Part shown: positions 58,009 to 64,000 of the stretch, one piece after another | How the letters are laid out: each line of letters starts with the position of its first letter | Position numbering within the stretch: the stretch's first letter is position 1 | Assembly (NCBI GenBank): GCA_040390065.1 | Contig: JAZJZE010000009.1 | Span: 442,930-506,929 of the forward strand | Direction: 5' to 3' | Length of the DNA: 64,000 bases | Source: a bacterium | GTDB taxonomy: Archaea; Thermoplasmatota; E2; JACPAO01; JAHFTW01 | Translations under genes and position numbers: made by a program | The notes under the pieces: generated by a model | What the model was told of the DNA's origin: nothing | The model's database searches: none | Seen by the model: only the letters and a program-made list of their open reading frames with translations

Positions 58009-59433
58009 ATGCATGCACGCAGCGCACTGGCCCTTGCGGGGCTTCTCCTGTTGGCTGGATGCTCGACACCGTCCGATCCCGTCCACGTCGGGCCGACGAC
58101 TCCGCCCTCGGCGGGTCCGTGGCAGGTCACGTACGACTGCCCGCCTGGCAGCAGCACCACGAGCGAGTTTCCAGTGTGCACAATCCATGCGGGCACCACG
58201 GCGAGCGGTGGTGCAGTATGGGGCCACGCGCAGGACGCCAAGCACCCAAACGTGATTGTGCTCTCGATGTACGGCATCGAGCCGACAGACGTCGGGGCCG
58301 GGCCCGCGGGAACGGCGCGGTTCTACGAGACCTACCTCCTCGTCACGCAGGACGGAGGGTCCACATGGAAACGCGTCGACCTGCCAAAGATTCCGACGCT
58401 CGAGCCAGCCTCCGAATTGGCGGGCGTCGACGACGTCATGGTTCGCGGCCTCACCTTCGGCCCCGACGGCGTGCTTCATCTCTTTGGCGGCGCGACCCAT
58501 GAGGCCCCGTATCCCTCTTCCCCCGTCAAGGCGTTCGGGAACTCTCCCTCGGCGGGCGGAAACTACACCATCTTCCATGTCTCGACGCCAGACCTTGGCG
58601 TGACGTGGGGAAAGCCGACGACGCTCGGCTGGGGCCAATTCCAGGACTTCGCGGAAGGCATGGTCCTTGCCGACGGCACCATCGTCGCCACCTTCAACGG
58701 CGCGGGCCAGCCCGATGAAGCCCGCGTGTCCCACGATGCCGGCGCCACTTGGCAGGCAGTTGACCTCCCCCCAACATGCTACTACCGCTCGTGGCTGGCG
58801 CGAGTCGACGGGAAAGCGACCATCGGCTGCACCCTCGAGGCCGAGATTTGGCAATACAACGCGACATCGGGCGCATTCGAAGACCTGGCGCCCATCCCTG
58901 GCATGGGAGACTACCAGGACAACCCGTGGATAGGCCAGGGTCCAGACGGAAACGTGACCATGATCCTGCAGGAACATTACGGCGCCGATGGCCCTCGCGT
59001 CTTGCACAGTCACGACGGCGGTCGGACGTGGAGCAAGCCAGTGTTCATCGCGGCGAACTGCCAGGCCTGCGCCGGACTGTACGAGTATCAACCAGGGGAG
59101 GGATACGGGCTGGACGGACAGGGGAACCTGCACGTTGTCTTTGCGGGGTCGTTCCACGCAACGGTTCCAAACGAGGGCCTCTACCGGCGCGTCCACGCTG
59201 TCTATGGGCCCGACCTGACGCGCTTGCACGACGCTGTGATGTACAACATGAGCGAGACCTGGACGCCCGATGCGGGCTACGCAGCATGGCGGGTCGAGAA
59301 ACGTGCATCCTGGATTCATGCACCCAACGGGGTCGTCCAGGCACGCGCTGACGGCGTAGCAAGCGATGTCAACTGGTGCTGGCGTCAGGTCGCAGATGCC
59401 AAGTGGTATGATGGCGTTGGCCCTGGGCGCTGA
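58009..59433 (+). CDS. BNR/Asp-box beta-propeller lipoprotein (C-terminus possibly non-native)
   Basis: LLAGC lipobox; TQDGGSTW, TPDLGVTW, SHDAGATW, SHDGGRTW. Confidence 0.75.
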   Translation: MHARSALALAGLLLLAGCSTPSDPVHVGPTTPPSAGPWQVTYDCPPGSSTTSEFPVCTIHAGTTASGGAVWGHAQDAKHPNVIVLSMYGIEPTDVGAGPAGTARFYETYLLVTQDGGSTWKRVDLPKIPTLEPASELAGVDDVMVRGLTFGPDGVLHLFGGATHEAPYPSSPVKAFGNSPSAGGNYTIFHVSTPDLGVTWGKPTTLGWGQFQDFAEGMVLADGTIVATFNGAGQPDEARVSHDAGATWQAVDLPPTCYYRSWLARVDGKATIGCTLEAEIWQYNATSGAFEDLAPIPGMGDYQDNPWIGQGPDGNVTMILQEHYGADGPRVLHSHDGGRTWSKPVFIAANCQACAGLYEYQPGEGYGLDGQGNLHVVFAGSFHATVPNEGLYRRVHAVYGPDLTRLHDAVMYNMSETWTPDAGYAAWRVEKRASWIHAPNGVVQARADGVASDVNWCWRQVADAKWYDGVGPGR

Positions 59434-59505
59434 CACGGTGACTGCTGCAACGGTGGCGAGGATGAGGAGCAAGGCTGCCAGGATGTTGGCGGGCCGTCTA
59501 TTCAT
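59280..59505 (-). pseudogene. 5' fragment of a secreted Cys-rich protein gene running head-on into the BNR gene
   Basis: MNRRPANILAALLLILATVAAVTVSAPRANA signal peptide followed by a Cys-rich stretch, then antisense-shadow-like sequence. Confidence 0.45.
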
Positions 59506-59581
59506 GCTGCACCCGGAGCAACCGCGGGGGGCGGTGGCGCTGGTTTGAGTAGGAGGGTCAAGCGGTTCTGTGGTGGAGGAT

Positions 59582-59773
59582 TCATCGGCGTTTTCTCCGG
59601 GGTTTTTGGTTCATGAAGCCGTAGCCTGCGGCTACGATGAAGGTTAGACTGAGGAAGGTGAGGAAGGGCGTGTCGGCGATGTAGCCGAGGAACCCTGCGG
59701 CGGCTGCGGCGGCAACGCACAATGCGGAGCCGCCGTAGAGTTTCACTTCAGGTGCGAGCTGGTAGCGAGCCAT
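59582..59773 (-). CDS. Small membrane protein (2 TM)
   Basis: Two TMs + basic tail; SD-like GGAGG upstream. Confidence 0.6.
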   Translation of the reverse strand: MARYQLAPEVKLYGGSALCVAAAAAAGFLGYIADTPFLTFLSLTFIVAAGYGFMNQKPRRKRR

Positions 59774-59798
59774 GATTTGCCTCCGAGCAATCGCTGTC

Positions 59799-60359
59799 TC
59801 AGAACAATGCGCCCGTGGTGAGGTTGACTTCCTCGCGATGCGAGACTGGGGCGAGGTCCTTCATTTGCGGCATCCAGAACGTGGTCCAACCGCTGGAGAC
59901 GTCGTTCTGGAACGCCTCGACGTCCACGACGTAGGCGCCGAGCCCTTGCGGATCGACGGGGAAGTGGACTTCCACGTCGAAGGCGCCTGCTCCGGCCTTG
60001 TCCACGACGTAGGCGGAATAGGAGGGTTCGCTGTTGCCGCCCGGCGTCGGGTAGTACACGGTTGTTCCGACGCGGCTGCCGGCCAGGCTGGCCGCGTGTC
60101 CATCCGTGGAGTCGTCCATGCCCGCGTACGTGACTTCGGCGGCGGCGAGTCTTCCGTCCTTGAGAGCACCGCCGGTGCAACTCGTGAAGGCCGCGTGCTG
60201 GCCGCCGTCCTTTCCGTCCGTAGTGAAGTGGCAGGTGATCTCGTAGTGCTTGTCCTTCAGTTTGGAGGCGTCTGTGACCTTCGTTTCGCCGGGCTTTCCG
60301 GCGCAACCAGCCAAGGCCAGCAATGCCAGGCAGGCCAACGCGGCGATTGCGAATTGCAT
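59799..60359 (-). CDS. Hypothetical lipoprotein
   Basis: MQFAIAALACLALLALAGC lipobox. Confidence 0.7.
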   Translation of the reverse strand: MQFAIAALACLALLALAGCAGKPGETKVTDASKLKDKHYEITCHFTTDGKDGGQHAAFTSCTGGALKDGRLAAAEVTYAGMDDSTDGHAASLAGSRVGTTVYYPTPGGNSEPSYSAYVVDKAGAGAFDVEVHFPVDPQGLGAYVVDVEAFQNDVSSGWTTFWMPQMKDLAPVSHREEVNLTTGALF

Positions 60360-60360
60360 G

Positions 60361-60561
60361 CTAACGCCCCCTTGGCGCTCGGCCTGCGCCGCCGGCTGCG
60401 GCGGCGAAGCCTTGGCGGCCCACGATGAAGAAGGCACCAATCATGACGAGCAGGAGCGGCAAGGGTAGGAAGAGGCCGCTGGCCCACCAGAACGCCAAGA
60501 CCGCGATGCCGCCTCCGACCAATGATGGTGGCCACGTGCGCCACTTCGATTGGAACGTCAT
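60361..60561 (-). CDS. Small membrane protein (2 TM)
   Basis: ATGA-coupled to the upstream gene and abuts the downstream start; two TMs. Confidence 0.55.
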   Translation of the reverse strand: MTFQSKWRTWPPSLVGGGIAVLAFWWASGLFLPLPLLLVMIGAFFIVGRQGFAAAAGGAGRAPRGR

Positions 60562-61109
60562 ACGAGCGGCACCTCGTAGGTTCCTCGCTCGGAGTCCTCA
60601 ATGGTCACACCGGCGGCGCTTGCATCAGTGTAGTCGACTTGCATCAAGGCGGCACTTCCGCGGCTGGCGCTCGTGGTGAAGAGCACCGTTCCGGAGGAGT
60701 CGTGGATGCTGACCTGCAAGGCGACGGCGCCGCTGCTGTACACCTTGGCGGCGTCCGTCTTGGCGGCGGGGTTCTGAATCGTGGTTCCCGTCTCGGTCCA
60801 GGCGGTGCCGTCGAAGCGGATGTACACGGTCTGGCCGGTGCCAGCGACTCCTGGGAGGCCGTTTCTGAGTTCGGCAATGCAGCCTTGCGTGTCGCCGACG
60901 ATGCGTTGCACACTGTGCAATGGGTCGGTGATGCTGCATCCCGGGTCGTGCGTGCTGGCCGCGGCCTTGGGCGGGGTGGCTTGGTGCGGCAAAAGCAACC
61001 ACACGCCGCCGACGACGAGGGCGGCGATGACGAAGTGTTTCATCGTGACTTGCTTCTTCTTGGCCCCATGGGGCGCTTGGTTGCCGAGTTGGCGGAATTT
61101 TCGTGTCAT
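60558..61109 (-). CDS. Membrane-anchored exported hypothetical protein
   Basis: Basic N-terminus + TM; SD-like AAGGAG upstream of ATG 61109. Confidence 0.65.
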   Translation of the reverse strand: MTRKFRQLGNQAPHGAKKKQVTMKHFVIAALVVGGVWLLLPHQATPPKAAASTHDPGCSITDPLHSVQRIVGDTQGCIAELRNGLPGVAGTGQTVYIRFDGTAWTETGTTIQNPAAKTDAAKVYSSGAVALQVSIHDSSGTVLFTTSASRGSAALMQVDYTDASAAGVTIEDSERGTYEVPLV

Positions 61110-61195
61110 AGCCAGGCTCCTTTCGTGTCGATTTGGACTGTCTTGATGGCGGTCATGTCGTCGATGGGGCAGGCGCGGTATCCGGGTTGCCACCA

Positions 61196-61516
61196 TTGGT
61201 CCACGTCAGGCACCTTGCACGAACCGAGCATCTGATGATTCGCCACCACGGCCGATCCTGGGCGATTTACCCAGGCAGCCACGCCGCAGGCTTCGTGCAC
61301 GGGGCGTTGCTGCGAGAGCCTGCCCTTGCTGCACTCCTGGCGTGGCTTACCCTGCAGCCGCCGCTTAGCCAGTGGGCCATCGTGGGCCACGCTGCGCGCG
61401 AATGGGGCTGGTCAAGTTCAACGACGCGACACCGCTTGGCCCGCCTGGTACAAGCGGGCCTTTCCAGACGCGAGACCGTAAAGCACGAGCAATTCTTGCA
61501 CGCCGTCAGCAAGTGA
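61196..61516 (+). pseudogene. Winged-HTH regulator fragment (probably 5'-truncated)
   Basis: HVRHLARTEHL...LREPALAALLAWL...WGWSSSTTRHRLARLVQAGL resembles the C-terminal half of tandem-wHTH regulators; no clear start. Confidence 0.45.
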
Positions 61517-61594
61517 CCAGGGCATTGCAGCCAAACAACATTCAGGCGCTACAGCGCAAGACGCCAACTTTCTTCGCCCGCATCCTCTGTGCCA

Positions 61595-62749
61595 TCAGGC
61601 GCAGGCCGTCGTGGGGTAGCACTCGACGCCAGAATTGTCTCCGTTGACGAGGACGAATTCCGGTGGGCCGTCCCACGGACCGTAGTTGAGGCCCCAGGCC
61701 TTCATGTACTGATTTCTATCAATCGAGTAGGATTCAACGAACCGCCCAGACAAAGGGGGCCGCACGTGCTTCGCGGCCGTTGTGGAGTCGATGATGTTGT
61801 GACCGATTGATAGTTGCAGGTAGTGAACAGCGGGGAAGTAAGGTGTCACCGCGTCGCCTCGCACTGCCAAGACCGTCGCATAGACGTACATCGGTAACAG
61901 TTTTCCCTGACTTTGGCTGAAGTACAGGAAGCCCCAGACGGGCACTGTCCCGTCTCCAGGCGCGAGGTCCGGCGGAACCAAGGCCTGCTGTGTGGTCTCG
62001 AAGGAGTCGAACTTGATTTCCTGGAAGAGTCCCGCGTTATCCAGGCTGTTGCCTTCGGGGGCGGCCACTGCGACAAGGATTGCGTCGCTCGACCACAACT
62101 GGCCTTGCACGTCAGCCACATCCCGAGAGTACGTGAAGTTGAGGCCCGGCAGGTTGATTGCCGGGACACCGGGGGTGGGCAACGTGTTGTTGAGGCCGAA
62201 GGTTTTCCCGGTGTCCACATCGAGGAACTTGCGGATGTTCGTGGCGTTGCCCAGGAAATTGGTCGTAACGGTCCACACAGAATCCTTGTCCACAGTACTC
62301 AACCAGTAATTCACCGTCGTCCGATTCGTGATTGAGGGATGCAGGGACGACAGGGTGCTAAGGGTCGAGTTGAGCGCGCCTTGGTTGTTTGGATCAAGAA
62401 CGGGTGCCACGGGCAGCGCCACGACAGTCATGCTTGTAGATGCTAGCGCCTGGCGGACCGTCGTTCCCGCGTCCCCGACCTGGACGACTTTGGCGTAATG
62501 ATCAAGCGGCGAATAGTACGAAAAGTACTCGCTGCGTGCGTAGATGGCTCCGCTGTCATCAAACTGGTCCGTGACGCTGACCCCCACGAGAATGTAGGCG
62601 TGTGTCAGATTGCCGACTGCGTTTCCTGCTTGGCTCGTAAGTGAGTTCGCCGTGCGTGATACATCGGGGACGGGCGGAGCACCGCAGCCGGCCAGTAGAA
62701 CCGCGGCAAGGATTGACAGAGCCGTGATTTGCATGGTTGCGTGTTTCAT
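61595..62749 (-). CDS. Hypothetical lipoprotein
   Basis: LSILAAVLLAGC lipobox; starts 4 bp after the protease stop. Confidence 0.7.
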   Translation of the reverse strand: MKHATMQITALSILAAVLLAGCGAPPVPDVSRTANSLTSQAGNAVGNLTHAYILVGVSVTDQFDDSGAIYARSEYFSYYSPLDHYAKVVQVGDAGTTVRQALASTSMTVVALPVAPVLDPNNQGALNSTLSTLSSLHPSITNRTTVNYWLSTVDKDSVWTVTTNFLGNATNIRKFLDVDTGKTFGLNNTLPTPGVPAINLPGLNFTYSRDVADVQGQLWSSDAILVAVAAPEGNSLDNAGLFQEIKFDSFETTQQALVPPDLAPGDGTVPVWGFLYFSQSQGKLLPMYVYATVLAVRGDAVTPYFPAVHYLQLSIGHNIIDSTTAAKHVRPPLSGRFVESYSIDRNQYMKAWGLNYGPWDGPPEFVLVNGDNSGVECYPTTACA

Positions 62750-62753
62750 TGTT

Positions 62754-63998
62754 TCAGCTCCACAAACTGTCGCCAACCGATTCATGCGGCCCCCAGGCAG
62801 GGTGGTAGCCGGAATCGTAGATGCCGGCGTTCGTCTTCATCAGGCTCATGTCGACTTGCGTCGAATAGTGGTTGAAGATGGTAAACCATGCGGAATGGTT
62901 GGGTCCCGGAGTGGTCTGCCATTGCATGGTATTGGCGCATGAAGGCGGTACGTTCGTGGCGCTGTAATCGCCTTCGGCTGAGAATTCCAGGCCGGGATCA
63001 TACGCACTGCCATCCATCAGGGTCTCGTACTGGTTCGAGTCCCCGTGCTCGTAGCAGTGGGTGTTCGCATTCGTTTTTCCGTTGTGGTCCTTGTACTCAT
63101 CCTGGAGGTAGAACGCGTAGTGGCCCCATTCATGTGCTAGGTCCTTGGCCCACCTGTTTCCAGGAGGGCCGTCGACCTGGACACCTACGTCCTTTGCCTC
63201 CGACATGGCCATAAAGACGTGACCAAGATTGGCAAACTTGAACTGGCAAGTAGATGGGACGGACTGACAGGCCGGATCAGTTGCCTTCTTGAAATCAATT
63301 CCGCCTACATTCGCCATGAACCAATGACCGACCGTATTGTCGGCCTTGTCGTGGAAAATCTGGATGTCCGCATTGACCCATTCCGGGTCAGTTGATTGAC
63401 TCCCAGTGCACGTGTGGATGGTGACCTTGCCAAACAGGAACTTGCCTGACGTGGCATCCCAGAGGTCGTCGCTGGCCGTCCTTATGGATCCTTGGAGGGA
63501 TTTCATCCATGCCGAATCCGCTGCCTCGCACCAGGGAACCGCTACGTCGACGTCGAAGCCCTTCACGTCCTTGACATGGGGGTCGAGTCCCCATCGGACC
63601 TCGTCCCAATTCGCGACGCCGTCGTGGTCGTAGTCGGAAGCGCCGTCATTGATGAACGGGTTGAGGCCGACGAAATTGGCAACAGTCGGATATGCATAGA
63701 CGCTCTGCGACAACGGGGACTCGCGATCCTTCATTTCCAGCGCGAAGGGAATCTTGTCACCGTCCTTTCCATTCGTGTACAAGTAGAACCACAATTGCCC
63801 TTCCACCCAGTCGCCCACGCCCCAGCCCTTGCAGTGACCGTACCCGTTTCCGTCGGCTGGAACGTCGTCGCCCAACCACGTGCCTGTCTGCATGCTATAG
63901 ACCAGCGTGCAGCCCGGATAGGCTTCCGGATGCGGGCCGATGTTGATTGGATGGGGTGCAATGAATCCATCGTCGTACAGGTTGAGAGTGGGGCCGAC
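62754..63998 (-). CDS. Zinc metalloprotease with CLCA-like catalytic domain (5' end outside window)
   Basis: AHEWGHYAFYLQDEY (HExxH...DEY), ASDDLWDATSGKFLFGKVTI, Met-turn-like TLMD; DYDHDG Ca-binding motif; frame open to the window end. Confidence 0.75.
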   Translation of the reverse strand, partial: VGPTLNLYDDGFIAPHPINIGPHPEAYPGCTLVYSMQTGTWLGDDVPADGNGYGHCKGWGVGDWVEGQLWFYLYTNGKDGDKIPFALEMKDRESPLSQSVYAYPTVANFVGLNPFINDGASDYDHDGVANWDEVRWGLDPHVKDVKGFDVDVAVPWCEAADSAWMKSLQGSIRTASDDLWDATSGKFLFGKVTIHTCTGSQSTDPEWVNADIQIFHDKADNTVGHWFMANVGGIDFKKATDPACQSVPSTCQFKFANLGHVFMAMSEAKDVGVQVDGPPGNRWAKDLAHEWGHYAFYLQDEYKDHNGKTNANTHCYEHGDSNQYETLMDGSAYDPGLEFSAEGDYSATNVPPSCANTMQWQTTPGPNHSAWFTIFNHYSTQVDMSLMKTNAGIYDSGYHPAWGPHESVGDSLWS

Positions 63999-64000
63999 CA

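Overview
High-GC archaeal chromosomal DNA, most likely Thermoplasmatota (inferred from Hel308-Cgi121, Elp3, membrane-bound LonB, RFC small subunit, NadM, split GcvPA/PB, an archaeal RNase P RNA, a C1-G72 tRNA-Tyr and TATA boxes about 26-33 nt before leaderless starts). The housekeeping backbone also carries gcvT/H, trkAH, a thiolase, uppS, aceA/aceB, tRNA-Arg(GCG) and tRNA-Tyr(GTA). It is interleaved with many secreted or lipid-anchored beta-propeller and Cys-rich proteins and two visibly less GC-rich accessory blocks (about 15.4-18.7 kb and 59.5-64 kb). The best candidate for an undescribed system is a co-oriented five-gene cluster at 38.2-45.1 kb, four genes of which are translationally coupled: GH26 hydrolase, LEA_2/WHy protein, membrane-tethered V4R protein, processive cellulose-synthase-like GT2 and a GT-C-like membrane protein. 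It looks like an archaeal synthase-dependent beta-glycan pathway. Other oddities: in-frame 63-bp palindromic tandem repeats inside elp3; a helically phased motif array beside a small basic-protein gene; a near-complete duplicate of tRNA-Tyr; four regularly spaced intergenic hairpins; an archaeosortase with its own target; a head-on gene collision; and a CLCA-like metalloprotease. No CRISPR array, integrase or transposase was recognised. All family calls are by motif recognition only; no searches were run.
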